The notes under the pieces: model-generated | Told to the model about the DNA's origin: nothing | Database searches by the model: none | The model's input: the letters and a program-made list of their open reading frames with translations, nothing else | Made by a program: the position numbers and the translations under genes | In this document: piece by piece, positions 1 to 12,653 of the stretch | Layout of the letters: each line of letters opens with the position of its first letter | How positions within the stretch are numbered: position 1 is the stretch's first letter | Assembly (NCBI GenBank): GCA_002269645.1 | Contig: NIVC01004571.1 | Coordinates: 1-41,722 of the forward strand | Direction of reading: 5' to 3' | Length of the DNA: 41,722 nucleotides | Source of the DNA: Macrostomum lignano | Lineage: Eukaryota

Positions 1-1396
1 AATCAACACCAAGCCGTGTATTTTTGTCAAACAGAAAACGTTAGTGGATTAAAGCTTTATCAAAAAAACACAGTATAGATTGCTTTCATTTAGAAATTTT
101 ACGATTTTTATTAGTTTTATTGATTGATAGAGAGAATAGGAGGATTATGAGCCAAGTGAATAATAAGAAAATAAGTCATACATTCGTTCCGATTTTTAAC
201 TCAAAGAATTAATGGTTCATTTTAGTTAGAAAACGTTTTTAGAGAGCAATTTTACTTGAACTTTACTTGATCAAACTAAAAACATCCAAAGGAAAGTTTT
301 AAATATAACGGGACACGAACCGAAAAAAATGAAAATGATTATTTCACCCCGTCCCGTCAATATGATAAAAGGTTTAAAGAACCACTGAAAAGAAGACACT
401 ACTAATGCTCATTATACTTTTCATATTTGCTATTTTTGGAGTGCAGTGTCTTTTAAGAATGGAAAATGCAAGAAAAAAATCGTGTTTTTTAAGGCGGAGT
501 CTCAGGCTCTCAGCTTCAGTAACCAAAACACCACTTTATTAGAATGATACTGTAGTTCCTCTTTGAATGAAATATTAATAAGAAATAAAAATGAATAATG
601 AAAACTTACAGGTACAAGCGGTGCCCTGTCTGAATAAAAGTTTTCAAGCATTAAAAGATTAGCTAGTAATAGAAAAAAACCCGATACACATAAGGACCGC
701 TTGGTTGGATAAATGAACCTAATACGCTGCTAGAGCGGAATTTGAGGGGAGAATATTAAAATGAAAAAGTAAGGTTAGACAATAGGTACACGTCGCTGAA
801 TTCTTTATCGCAGATTCAAACTCGTGAAATCTTTTTTTGATAGGAAAAAAATCAACGCTAAAGTTGACAAAACGTATTTTTGCGATTTTTTTGGGGGTTT
901 CGAATTCTACAGCCAACCAACTAAACCAATCAGAGTAAGCAGAGACAGAGGTGGGCAATCGATGAATAAGCAAAATTACATTAATCATTGGTTGGACTCA
1001 GAGGTGTGGCGAGAAATCGAAACGCATTTTTGTTATAATTTTATCTTGTCGGCCATACAAAGAGATCGCACACAACACAAACTCTTAGCGCAGTCCATCC
1101 GCCATCTAGCTACCGTATAGCATTTTTACTGACAGTGCCAGCCTTGGAAATTGCGATTGACAATCAGACAAAAAAACCCTTCCACAACTAATCGAGAACT
1201 CTGCTGGTTAGGCCTTAAGTCTCTTAATATCCTAGCCAGTGTCCCTAACGTATCAGGTTGGTTTGCCTAACTAATAAATCACCTTTCCAAGTTCAACAAC
1301 TAACCCAACATTGCAAATTTCTTCAGGTGTTAAAAAAATTGATTTCAAACAAAGTTTGCCTCCAATCAGTGCAGGTCAGTATCGATCAGTTGTCAG

Positions 1397-1483
1397 CTAA
1401 TTTTTCTCAGCGGTCGATGCCGCAGCTCCAGTTGGCTGGTTCTTGGCCTGGTGAGCGCGCAGCACGTTGACAGCTTCGTCCAC
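1397..1483 (-). CDS. PABPC1: PABP coding exon 6 (end of MLLE, stop)
   Basis: gcgcag|GTG GAC GAA gives VDEAVNVLRAHQAKNQPTGAAASTAEKN*; TAG at 1397-1399. The six exons sum to 2184 nt = 727 aa + stop. Confidence 0.93.
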   Translation of the reverse strand: MDEAVNVLRAHQAKNQPTGAAASTAEKN

Positions 1484-1530
1484 CTGCGCCATTGGGGTTG
1501 AAATTGGTGTTATTGCGCTTGAACTGCGAA

Positions 1531-2246
1531 TCAGATCAGGGATACAGATCCCACAGCTGGACAGGATCCAGATCCCACAGCTGGACACTGGACAGGATCT
1601 AGATCCCACAGCTGGACACTGGACAGGATCTAGATCCCACAGCTGGACGGGATCTAGATCCCACAGCTGGACAGGATCTAGATCCCACAGCTGAACGGGA
1701 TCTAGATCCCACAGCTGGACAGGATCTAGATCCCACAGCTGGACGGGATCTAGATCCCACAGCTGGACAGGATCTAGATCCCACAGCTGGACAGGATCTA
1801 GATCCCACAGCTGGACAGGATCCAGATCCCACAGCTGGACAGGATCTAGATCCCACAGCTGGACGGGATCTAGATCCCACAGCTGGACAGGATCCAGATC
1901 CCACAGCTGGACAGGATCTAGATCCCACAGCTGGACAGGATACAGATCCCACAGCTGGACAGGATCTAGATCCCACAGCTGGACGGGATCTAGATCCCAC
2001 AGCTGGACAGGATCTAGATCCCACAGCTGGACAGGATCCAGATCCCACAGCTGGACAGGATACAGATCCCACAGCTGGACAGGATCCAGATCCCACAGCT
2101 GGACGGGATCTAGATCCCACAGCTGGACAGCTGGACAGGATCCAGATCCCAAAACTAGGAAGAATCCAGATCCCAAAACTAGGAAGAATCCAGATCCCAA
2201 AACTAGGAAGAATCCAGATCCCAAAACTAGGAAGAATCCAGATCCT
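1531..2246. repeat. 24-bp minisatellite filling PABP intron 5 (two subfamilies)
   Basis: Unit GATCCCACAGCTGGACAGGATCTA repeated about 25 times, then about 4 copies of the variant GATCCCAAAACTAGGAAGAATCCA (about 2146-2246). Confidence 0.95.
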
Positions 2247-2303
2247 CAAATTTAAAAGCATGCGCATCCCAGCAACCTAGGAGCAAACCAAACAGAAACT
2301 CAC

Positions 2304-3099
2304 CTTAGCCTTGAGCGCATCGTGAGACTCCAGCATGTGCAGCAGCTCGGCATTGTCAATCTCGAGCAACATTCCAGTAATCTTGCCGGCCAACGGGGCG
2401 TTCATCTCGTGAATCAGCGGATAGAGACGCTCGCCAAGCATCTGCTTCTGCTCCTGCGGCGGAGCTGCGGCCAGCATAGCGGTGGTCAGAGCCTCCTGAC
2501 CGCCGATGTTCTGCTGCTGTTGCTGCTGCATCATCTGCTGCTGCTGCTGAACAGACGGCGGCATTCGAGCGCCGACAGGGCCTCCGCCCAGCTGGTAGCC
2601 GCCACCAGTGGCCGCCTGAGGACCGAATGGCTTCCTTGGTGGCTGCTGCTGCTGCTGAGGCCCTCCAACGGTTGATCCGGCAATCGGACGACCACCAGGC
2701 TGTTGCTGCTGCTGCTGCGGCGGCTGCTGCGGCGGCGCGCCCTGCTGATTGGTGATGGCCCGAGAGCCTGGACCGCTGTTTCGAAGGCCGGCAGCAGCGG
2801 CGGCTGCGGCGGCTGCCGAAGGCATGGGTGGCCGGTGCTGAATAGCGGCGGCTCTAGCGGCGGCGGCGGCGGCAGCGGCTGCAGCTGCCTGCGGCGTGCC
2901 AGGCATGGCGGCTCCGTATTGGGCGGCCGGACGGATCGGCTGGCCGCCGCCTGGCTGCTGGTGGCCGTGCATGCCGGCACCTGCGGCGGCCCACCTTGGC
3001 GGCGGCGGCTGCTGCTGCTGCGGGTGGCCGCCGGCGTGATGCGGCCGCTGATGCTGCTGCTGCATGCCCATGCCCATGCCTGCCATGGGGTTGTAGAAC
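2304..3099 (-). CDS. PABPC1: PABP coding exon 5 (Q/A/G/P-rich linker and most of the MLLE/PABC domain)
   Basis: ccgcag|G TTC TAC restores R-FYNPM. Contains [15 protein letters not shown]...[22 protein letters not shown]; ends GCT AAG|GTGAGT; 796 nt. Confidence 0.95.
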
Positions 3100-3139
3100 C
3101 TGCGGTTGGGTTTTAGTGTGACATCTGTTATCGCGTAAA

Positions 3140-3990
3140 GCATGAGACTGAAAGTGGCGACTCACAGGGCAGAGACATGAGACTGAAAGTGGCGACTCAC
3201 AGGGCAGAGACATGAGACTGAAAGTGGCGACTCTCAGGACAGAGACATGTGACTGAAAGTGGCGACTCTCAGGGCAGAGACATGAGATTGAAGATGGCGA
3301 CTCTCAGGGCAGAGACATGAGACTGAAAGTGGCGACTCTCAGGGCAGAGACATGAGACTGAAAGTGGCGACTCTCAGGGCAGAGACATGAGACTGAAAGT
3401 GGCGACTTTCAGGGTAGAGACATGAGATTGAAGATGGCGACTCTCAGGGCAGAGACATGAGATTGAGATTAAATTTGGCGGCTCTCAAGGCAGAGACATG
3501 AGATTAAATTTGGTGGCTCTCAAGGCAGAGACATGAGATTAAATTTGGCGGCTCTCAAGGCAGAGACATGAGATTGAAGATGGCGACTCTCAGGGCAGAG
3601 ACATGAGATTCAATTTGGCGGCTCTCAGGGCAGAGACATGAGACTGAGATGGCGATTCTCAGGGTAGAGACATGAGATTGAAGATGGCGATTCTCAGGGT
3701 AGAGACATGAGATTGAAGATGGCGACTCTCAGGGCAGAGACATGAGACTCAATTTGGTAAGTCTCAGGGTAGAGACATGAGATTCAATTTGGCGACTCTC
3801 AGGGCAGAGACATGAGATTGAAGATGGCGACTCTCACGGTAGAGACATGAGATTCAATTTGGTGAGTCTCAGGGTAGAGACATGAGATTGAAAGTGGCGA
3901 CTCTCAGGGTAGAGACATGAAATTCAATTTGGTGACTCTCAGGGCAGAGACACGAGACCCAATTTGGCGATTGTCAGGGTAAGAGACATA
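3140..3990. repeat. 35-bp minisatellite filling PABP intron 4
   Basis: CATGA recurs at 3141, 3176, 3211; unit about CATGAGACTGAAAGTGGCGACTCTCAGGGCAGAGA with variants; about 24 copies. Confidence 0.95.
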
Positions 3991-4012
3991 AACAGGCTAA
4001 TCCATGACTCAC

Positions 4013-4608
4013 CTGCCAGCGGGCTGCTGCATAGTGGGCACAAAATAGCCAGGCGCCTGAGTCTGCGGCATGAACTGGCTGGGCAACTGACCCTGCATTC
4101 GGTAGCTGGCCAACCGCTGCATGTACTGCGAAGCCAAATGAGCCTTACGATCCTCCTTGCGCTGGGCCAGAGCCACGTACAGCGGCTTGCTAACCACAAT
4201 TTTGCCATTCATCTCAGTGACAGCTTTAGTAGCCTCTTCGGGCTGGGCAAAGCAGACGAAGCCGAAGCCTTTGCTGCGGCCAGTTGAGTCAATCATCACC
4301 TTAGCCGAAGTGATGCTGCCAAATTGCACAAATTCGGCTCGCAATTTCTCGTCGTCAATTCCATCGTCAAGGTTCTTAACGTAGAGATTAACGCCAGTCT
4401 GATAGCGATTCATTCGCTCCTGACGTTGGCGTTCGAACTTTTCGCGCAATTCAGCCAAACGTTCGCCTTTCTTCTGCGCCCGGCCAACATAGAGAGTCTT
4501 GCCGCCGTCCAGCTCTTTGCCGTGCAGAGCGTTCACGGCCGCCTCGGCGGACTCGGGCTCCTTGAAACAGACGAAACCAAAGCCTTTGGACTTGCCGTTC
4601 TCATCCAC
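4013..4608 (-). CDS. PABPC1: PABP coding exon 4 (RRM3, RRM4, start of linker)
   Basis: tctcag|GTG gives [15 protein letters not shown]...[19 protein letters not shown]...[18 protein letters not shown]...QQPAG AG|GTGAGT; 596 nt, ends phase 2. Confidence 0.96.
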
Positions 4609-4869
4609 CTGAGATGATTAATCAAAGGAAAGAATATTATTAGAGATGGATCGAGTAATCGGTATTGGTGAAATTGGTCAGTTTTCGGGGATATTCGTTT
4701 TGGTTCGTGGAATTTTGTCTTTGTTAAAAAATACAACACTGTTTGTCACACTTGTGACAGACAAATAAATGGCGGTGAAATAAATGAGGCACGTGACTGT
4801 CAGTGTGACCTTCAAGTGTGACACTTATGGAACGATCACCCATTTATTTGACATGGTCCCATTGGAGTT

Positions 4870-5225
4870 CAGAGGGCACCTGATGGACGTTCGTTTACTT
4901 GATGGTCACATTGGAGGTCATGTGATTGACCGTTTATTTGATGGTCACATTGGAGGTCATGTGATTGACTGTTTACTTGATGGTCACATTGAAGGTCACG
5001 TGATTGACTGTTTATTTGATGGTCACATTGGAGGTCACGTGATTGACTGTTTATTTGATGGTCACATTGGAGGTCACGTGATTGACCGTTTATTTGATGG
5101 TCACATTGGAGGTCACATAATTGCCCGTTTATTCAAGGTATCATTGGAGGTGACATGATTGCCCGTTTATTCAAGGTATCATTGGAGGTCACGTGATTGA
5201 CCGTTTATTTGATGGTCACATTGGA
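4870..5225. repeat. 39-bp minisatellite in PABP intron 3
   Basis: Unit about GTGATTGACTGTTTATTTGATGGTCACATTGGAGGTCAC (13-aa periodicity in ORF 4784..5158); degenerate edges. Confidence 0.92.
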
Positions 5226-5322
5226 GGGTTAGAATGGAGGATCACATAGGACACCGATTTTGAAGGGCCACAGGACAGTCATATAGTTAATATTAATCGA
5301 AATTTCAAATTAGAGTAATTAC

Positions 5323-5601
5323 CATCACTCTGGAGGAGGTGATCTCGCCAAACTCTGAGAATGCCTGGTGAAACGATTCTTCGTCATAATAGTCGCCAAA
5401 GTTTTTCACAAACACGTTCGTGTATTTGCGATCGCCCGCCTCCTGACGCCGATCTTTGCGCGGCATGAAAGGGCCGACAAACACTTTTTTGCCGGCTAGC
5501 AGCATGCCGTTGACCTTCTCGACGGCCTGGTCGGCTGCCTCCTGAGTCTCAAAGTGGACGAAGCCGTAGCCGCGGGAGTTGCCCGTCTCGTCTGTGGCGA
5601 T
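5323..5601 (-). CDS. PABPC1: PABP coding exon 3 (RRM2 to RRM3)
   Basis: ccgccag|ATC gives IATDETGNSRGYGFVHFETQEAA...YTNVFVKNFG...SSRVM|GTAATT; 279 nt, phase 0/0. Confidence 0.95.
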
Positions 5602-5732
5602 CTGGCGGTTGGAAGGCGCGAATGACAAATTTGAGTTTAAGAGCTTTGAGCAGGGAATGTTAATTAAGCATGATGCATAGACAGGCTGACAAAGGGTGGC
5701 AATGCAGCAGTTCACTGAATCTGAATGACGGG

Positions 5733-6395
5733 AGAGGTGTCAGTGATAGGGGAGGGGTGTCAGTGATAGGGGAGGGGTGTCAGTGATAGGGGAGGGGTGT
5801 CAGTGAAAGGGGAGGGGTGTCAGTGATAGGGGAGGGGTGTCAGTGATAGGGGAGGCGTGTCAGTGATAGGGGAGGCGTGTCAGTGATAGGGGAGGCGTGA
5901 CAGTGATAGGGGAGGCGTGTCAGTGATAGGGGAGGGGTGTCAGTGATAGGGGAGGGTGTCAGTGATAGGGGAGGGGTGTCAGTGATAGACTGATAGAGGA
6001 GGGGTGTCAGTGATAGAGGAGGGGTGTCAGTGATAGGGGAGGGTGTCAGTGATAGGGGAGGGGTATCAGTGATAGGGGAGGGGTGTCAGTGATTGTGGAG
6101 GGGTGTCAGTGATAGGGGAGGGGTGTCAGTGATAGGGGAGGCGTGTCAGTGATAGGGGAGGGGTGTCATTCATAGGGGAGGGGTGTAAGTGATAGGGGAG
6201 GGGTGTCAGTGATAGAGGAGGGGTGTCAGTGATAGGGGAGGCGTGTCAGTGATAGGGGAGGGGTGTCAGTTATAGGGGAGGGTGTCAGTGATAGGGGAGG
6301 GGTGTCAGTGATAGGGGAGGCGTGTCAGTGATAGGGGAGGCGTGTCAGTGATAGGGGAGGCGTGTCAGTGATAGGGGAGGGGTGTAAGTGATACT
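5733..6395. repeat. 20-bp G-rich minisatellite in PABP intron 2
   Basis: Unit GTGTCAGTGATAGGGGAGGG (variant ...GAGGC), about 33 copies. Confidence 0.95.
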
Positions 6396-6506
6396 GACTG
6401 ACAGGGGGTGTTACACTGACAATGGCTCATGACAGACTGAAATAACAATTTAGGAAGGCTAAAATGTTAAAATTGAGAAAATAAGTATGAAAAGTAAATT
6501 CAGTCA

Positions 6507-6794
<288 letters not shown>

Positions 6795-7708
6795 TCAAAG
6801 GAAAACCTTTGTGACATGTATGAATAAAAACCAAAGCAAACAATATATACATTTAGTGTAAAAATAATCCTTTAACTTTGTGGGAATTAACACCTCCAGA
6901 CCCATGTTCTATAACAATTCCCAATGTTCCACTTCTCTTAGTCTCAAATCTGAATATAATGTGCTCATGACTGCTCAAGCACCCCAGCCTTTCTTAAAGA
7001 TATACTGTGTTGTCCTATCTTTAATTCCCTACCTTCATTTATGAGCCACAAGACTACAATCTCTAAATGCCCTTGTCTTTTCAAACTCACCTCTTAGTCC
7101 CCCTAATTGGGATAACATAGCTGTAATAATGTTTTAATGCTATGATGTACAATATGTCTACTATAAGAGGAAGAAAGAAATTAGAAGCAACATTTGAAAC
7201 AAAATATTTTATATGCAAAAATGGCAAAAAAGTTTTTCTATGGGCTTCCCATGCATATTAGCCTTAAGAGAAGTTACGACTGGCTTTTTTAGATATTGAT
7301 ACAAAGGTTTAAGTTTTTATAACTATATTTGATTTATTTGAATAAATTCTAAATGTCCATAGATCTGCATCAAGCATTACAAATTGAGCACTAAGTGCAC
7401 CAAGCATGACACACTTTGAATGCTGAGCATTATTAATCTAGGGGGCAAATGGGTAAATAGCAGGAGTAACTGTGATCAAGTTGCCTTGTCAGCTAATAAA
7501 TAGTTTAACATTGCACTGTTTGTTTAGTTTTATTAAATAAATGATATGATTACCTATGACCAACTTGCCTAAGCTGTCTACCTTATTGTCTTATAAGTTA
7601 TATTAATTCAGCTAATAAGCTATTTTTCTATTTTTCACTTGGCACAAGTTTGCAAAAAATGCAGAACTTTGCACATCTCTTTACCTTGGCATAAAGACTA
7701 GCTGTCAA

Positions 7709-8005
7709 CATACATGCGCAACAGTCGGCCGAGTCGGCCGATCCGGCCGACCGATTTGGCGGCCAACCAAGGAAGTCGCAAAAATGCCTACCCGAAAAAA
7801 TAACAAAGTAGTAGTACTAAGTAGCTGACGAGGCATTTTGGCGTTATAAGACAGTCATAGTTACTCCTGCCGTTTACCTAAAGTTGCGTTAATTTTGTTT
7901 TAGGTTTTTTTGCATGTAAATCGCATTTTTGGCCAAAAACTATGTCGCATTTTTGTTAAAACTAAGTCGCATGGCCGACCGAATTTCGGAGGTTGCGCAT
8001 GTATG
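7709..8005. mobile_element. hAT-family MITE, 297 bp
   Basis: Perfect 14-bp TIR CATACATGCGCAAC / GTTGCGCATGTATG; 8-bp TSD GCTGTCAA at 7701-7708 and 8006-8013; same termini as the element at 12436-18330. Confidence 0.93.
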
Positions 8006-8636
8006 GCTGTCAATAAAATGTTTCTTGAACTAAAGCTGCTACAACAAACTAGTATCTTCTTAACACTATGTAGATAATAAAAGGCTTCAGCAATTTGGTT
8101 TTGGCAAAAAGGCTTCAAAATTTTAGTAGAGCCTTTAAATATAATTAGAAAGTTGTTTATATAACTCTATTAAAAATAAATAGGCTAGAAAACAGTCTAT
8201 ATCATGGTAGGTATATGCTAGAAAAAATTCTAGTTTTTGTTTCAATTTTATACTAATATAAAATTAAAAAAACTGAGTCTAAAATTGTTTATATATCAAC
8301 TTTTTTAGAGTTTATTTTTTAGAAATAAAAGAGTTTTACGAAACTTGCCACCTTTTAGACTATGGGCTAGAACTATAGAAGCTATATTATAGGCCTTGCT
8401 TTTTATTTTATATTTATTTTTAATTGTATATCATAGGGATTAGATGTGATCATGGTTGTGATTTCTTTAAAACTCATTCATGAGGTTATGAATTTCTGCT
8501 TACTTACAAGTGTCCTTATAAGCTAATAATTAGGACCCAAAATTAGGAAAAACACAAAAAATTACCAATATCTCTAATTACTAAGTACTCAAATATTAGA
8601 AACTCAAAAATTCAAGGGGGCATATGCCATTAGTGT

Positions 8637-10041
8637 TGTTGTTGTTGTTGGCGTTGCCGTACCATAGCCCTACTCTCTCTTCAGCCTAACCCGTTCTCGG
8701 AACTCGTTCCAAAGGGCCCGGCATTCTTCGGGCATGGCGCATAAGTCGCCCATATCCGTGATGCCGGTCTTCCTCCTGATGTTGTCCATCACTGGGCACT
8801 TCAACAGCACGTGCTCCGTGCCTTCCTCCTTGAGACTGCACAGCCAGCACGTTCCACTCTCCCTGGTTCCAATCCGAGCACCATACTCCGCCAGCTCCGC
8901 GTGTTGTCCAGTCCTGAACCTGGCAAAATCGCACCTGGCCACTCTGCACCACTTTCCTTCCTTCCGCCAGTCCGGCTGCTTCTTCGCGTAGATTTCCTTT
9001 GCCCTCTCGTGCTTCCACTCCATCCTGCCTTCCAGGGCTCTACGAATGTGGTTAGTGGCCGCTTTCCTTGTCCAGAAGACACCTTCTTCGCCTCGTCCCT
9101 CTGCCGCCAGCCTGTCAGCCAGCTCATTTCCTTCCACTCCGACATGTCCTGCCACCCACTTCATCGTCAGGGTTCTTTCAGGCCACTTCGCGATCTTTAG
9201 CCAGCAATGCCTCACGTCCTGCCATTCACCCTTCCATCTGTCCTGGAAAGCCCGGAGCGCTGCTTGACTGTCACTCACAATGGTGGCCGTTTTCCAATCT
9301 GCCGCGTCCAACCAATCGATTGCCATACGGAGTGCCCTGATCTCGGCTTGCGTGGACAAGCATCCCTGTCCCGCTGATCCTCGAGCTTTGCCCTGCTTCG
9401 TGCTGCCCCGGTAAATGATGAGACCAGCTCCACCTTTACCGTCCTTGCCTACCGACCCATCTGTGTACAGGATGTAGTCGGTGTCTCTGTTCGCAATCCA
9501 GCTCTCTGCGGTTTCCTTGTTCTCTTTCTCGGTTGCCTGCCGGTTCGTGAGCTCCTCCAAGGCAACCTTAGTTCTGATTTGAACCCACGGTGGGATTTGC
9601 CTGCTCCGCTCTTCCGGCTCCGGCTCCGGTAACTCCAGTCTGGTCCAGTCCTCGCGACACTTCTGCCTCCAGTTGGGCTTCTTCAGCCTCTTCTTCATGC
9701 GCCTATTGGCCATCTCATTCCTAGGCGATTCCGCTGGTAGCTGTCAGTAGCTATCATAGGTCTTCAGCGTCTGGAACTGCAGCCTGCTTTCCAGCGATGG
9801 TAGCCCGGCTTCTTGCAGCACCGCTTCCACCAGCGTGCTGGCCAGTACTCCGGCAATGGCTCTGGTGGCTGCCCGCTGGCACCTCTCCAGCTTCTCCAGG
9901 TATACCTTGGCCAGCCATGGGTACCATGCCGGGGCCGCGTACTCCAGAATCGGTCTCACTAGCGCCAGGTAGGCCATCCTCACAATCTCCAAGTTTAGAC
10001 CTCCCTCCAAGCAACACAGCTTCTTCAGCAGGTTCAGCAGG
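8637..10041 (-). mobile_element. 5'-truncated non-LTR retrotransposon of an RNase H-bearing (I-group-like) clade
   Basis: 12-bp TSD TGCCATTAGTGT (8625-8636, 10042-10053) and a (CAA)n 3' tail. Encodes the RT C-terminus (LVRPILEYAAPAW...LERCQRAATRAI), RNase H (YTDGS, AEIRAL, SDSQAAL, WVAGHVGVEGNELADRLA) and a CCHC finger (CWLC...EHVLLKC). One in-frame TGA at 9744-9746. Confidence 0.9.
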
Positions 10042-11437
10042 TGCCATTAGTGTCACAAGCTCTTGCTACCCATGCTAATAAATAATGGTTTCTTTTTTTG
10101 TTTTGCTATTTTTTACACTTATAACTTACAAGTTCATAATGTAACTCAGATGTTGTATAAATATAACTATAAATAATAATATAAATTCATATTCACAATC
10201 ATAATCATGCCTGATTTTGAAAACTTCACAAAATTTTATGCCCAACCAAAGTTTTCTGCTTGTCTAACTTTGATTTAATATAATTATAATTATATTACAA
10301 AGTTAATTGTTTGTAGAAAACCTACTTTTATTCAGCTTTTACTTTCATATTCAAATTAAATTAAATTGACAAGTTTTAAAAGAACAAGACCCTCACTGAA
10401 GTTATTAATATTCTACTATTTCTAGAAAAGTGCCAGAGTCAGGATCATGGCACACCTTGCACCAGAACAAATCCTATCAAAAAAAGTTTGATTGCGCCAT
10501 GTGCTAGAACAAATCCTATCAAAAAGGTTTATTTGCACCATGTGCCAGAACTGTTTTTATAAAAAAAGTTTGCTTGGGCTGTGTACAACTTTTTGAAAAA
10601 AATGCAAAAATTAAAAGCCAACAATTCACTGGCAATTTGTGGCAAACAAAAAATGCTAATAAAAGGAAATCTTTATAACTAAATCTGAAAATGACATGCT
10701 AATTTTCTGTCAGAGAAAATATTGTCTTGTTGGAAGCTTTTGTCTTGCACCAAATTATGTCAATTTTTGTCTTGCACTGTACTATGCTAGATTTTTCTTC
10801 TTTGCCTGCTATTGCACTAGAATGCACCGGCATGGTACATGTCCAGCCCCTTTTTTGCACTGGAATTTTCAATGAAAAAGGCCATCTTCCTGACTATGGG
10901 AAAAGCATAGGGCCTAAACTAGCATTAGGAAATCTTTCATTTGAATTTGCACCAGTGCCAAGGATTTGAATTGAGGATTTGTATGATAAATATATGGCAA
11001 AGAAGTCTACCTTGTGAGTTATCTATGGCCCAAAGGGGTGGTGTTTGATAATTACTAAGTGGGAAAGGAAGAATAGCAGAAAGCATTTTTACCAAATCTA
11101 TTTTTTCTAAAGCAAAAAGTATTCTTATAATAAATATATATATTATCACTTCAACCAAAATGGTTGGATGTCCATCTAGGCCAATGATTGATCCATAACA
11201 ATATATTATACATTAAGCTATAAATTCCTTTTTTGGTTTATAGCTTGTAGTTACATTTATTATTATAAACAAACCAACAAACATTTTATATGTTATAATA
11301 GTTTTTAGCATTCCCAGGAGTAAGAAAATAAAAAAAAAATTATTTGTTTAGCTAATTTAATAGAAAAATAATTTTGCAAATGAAACTGTATTGCTAATAT
11401 ATAATATAACATATATGCACAACCTTAAAAAATCACT

Positions 11438-11536
11438 TAGCTATTTCTATTAGCAATATACACATATAAGTTGCTATTGGCTGAGAGCAATCATGTGACT
11501 ACTATTCTGTCCAATAGCAACTTACATGTGTGTGTG
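11438..11536. mobile_element. Left part of a small palindromic MITE-like element; its right tip is displaced to 22304-22331
   Basis: Inner stem CACATATAAGTTGCTATTGG / CCAATAGCAACTTACATGTG (19/20). Outer arm TAGCTATTTCTATTAGCAA (11438-11456) pairs 17/19 with TTGCCAATAGAAATGGCTA (22313-22331). TA at both outer ends. Confidence 0.7.
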
Positions 11537-11644
11537 ATGTATTGGTTTCCCGACAGACATTCAGACAGACATTCAGAAATTGTTCATTAAATGTTTAACA
11601 AAATTGTCTATTTATTACGCAAGATACTGTGAATTTATAGAAAC

Positions 11645-12435
11645 TTTTACGCATGTCTCTGCTTTAAAAAGACACCTCAGACACACACAAAGACGCTTCA
11701 CAAGCTGAGATATTCCCTAGCAACTGTTGTTACGACGTTTCCCAATATACCGAATACTGTATATAGTAGTTTTTTGAGAAGCCACTACATCGTCCCACTT
11801 TGGTCTTTCTGCATGAAATTTGCACAGCTGTTTTACGCATGTCTCTGCTTTAAAAAGACACCTCAGACACACACAAAGACGCTTCACAAGCTGAGATATT
11901 CCCTAGCAACTGTTGTTACGACGTTTCCCAATATACCGAATACTGTATATAGTAGTTTTTTGAGAAGCCACTACATCGTCCCACTTTGGTCTTTCTGCAT
12001 GAAATTTGCACAGCTGTTTTACGCATGTCTCTGCTTTAAAAAGACACCTCAGACACACACAAAGACGCTTCACAAGCTGAGATAATCCCTAGCAACTGTT
12101 GTTACGACGTTTCCCAATATACCGAATACTGTATATAGTAGTTTTTTGAGAAGCCGCTACATCGTCCCACTTTGGTCTTTCTGCATGAAATTTGCACAGC
12201 TGTTTTACGCATGTCTCTGCTTTAAAAAGACACCTCAGACACACACAAAGACGCTTCACAAGCTGAGATATTCCCTAGCAACTGTTGTTACGACGTTTCC
12301 CAATATACCGAATACTGTATATAGTAGTTTTTTGAGAAGCCGCTACATCGTCCCACTTTGGTCTTTCTGCATGAAATTTGCACAGCTGTTTTACGCATGT
12401 CTCTGCTTTAAAAAGACACCTCAGACACACACAAA
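11645..12435 (+). repeat. 186-bp tandem array, left arm of the Foldback element (continues 18339-18389 after the hAT insertion)
   Basis: Unit starts TTTTACGCATGTCTCTG at 11645, 11831, 12017, 12203, 12389; about 4.5 units in total. Confidence 0.95.
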
Positions 12436-12653
12436 CATACATGCGCAACAGTCGGCCGAGTCGGCCGATCCGGCCGACCGATTTGGCGGCCAACCAAGTA
12501 AGTCGCAAAATTGATTAACCGCCAAAAAAAACGAAAAAACAAAAGACGAAAAAGGGGAAAGGAAAAGGAAAAAACGAGAAAAAGGGAGCAAAGAGAAAGA
12601 GAAAAACACAAAAAGAGTTGTAAGTGCTGTAAGTTGCAGCACTGAAGACAAGG

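Noticed and set aside
1397-2267. Long ORFs 1397..2224 and 1599..2267 with VQLWDLDP / CPAVGSRS repeats
   Set aside because: Stop-free translations of the 24-bp intronic minisatellite; only 1397-1483 is real PABP coding sequence.
3160-3200. GTGAGT donor consensus in two units of the intron 4 repeat (minus strand)
   Set aside because: No preceding AG for recursive splicing and no plausible exon upstream; use is unsupported.
2322-4617. Multiple antisense/alternate-frame ORFs over PABP exons 4-5
   Set aside because: Shadow ORFs of GC-rich, trinucleotide-repeat coding sequence.
5733-6395. Resemblance of the unit (TCAGTGATAG(A/G)G) to half of the bacterial tetO operator
   Set aside because: Only about 11 nt, non-palindromic and embedded in a native G-rich minisatellite; no vector context.
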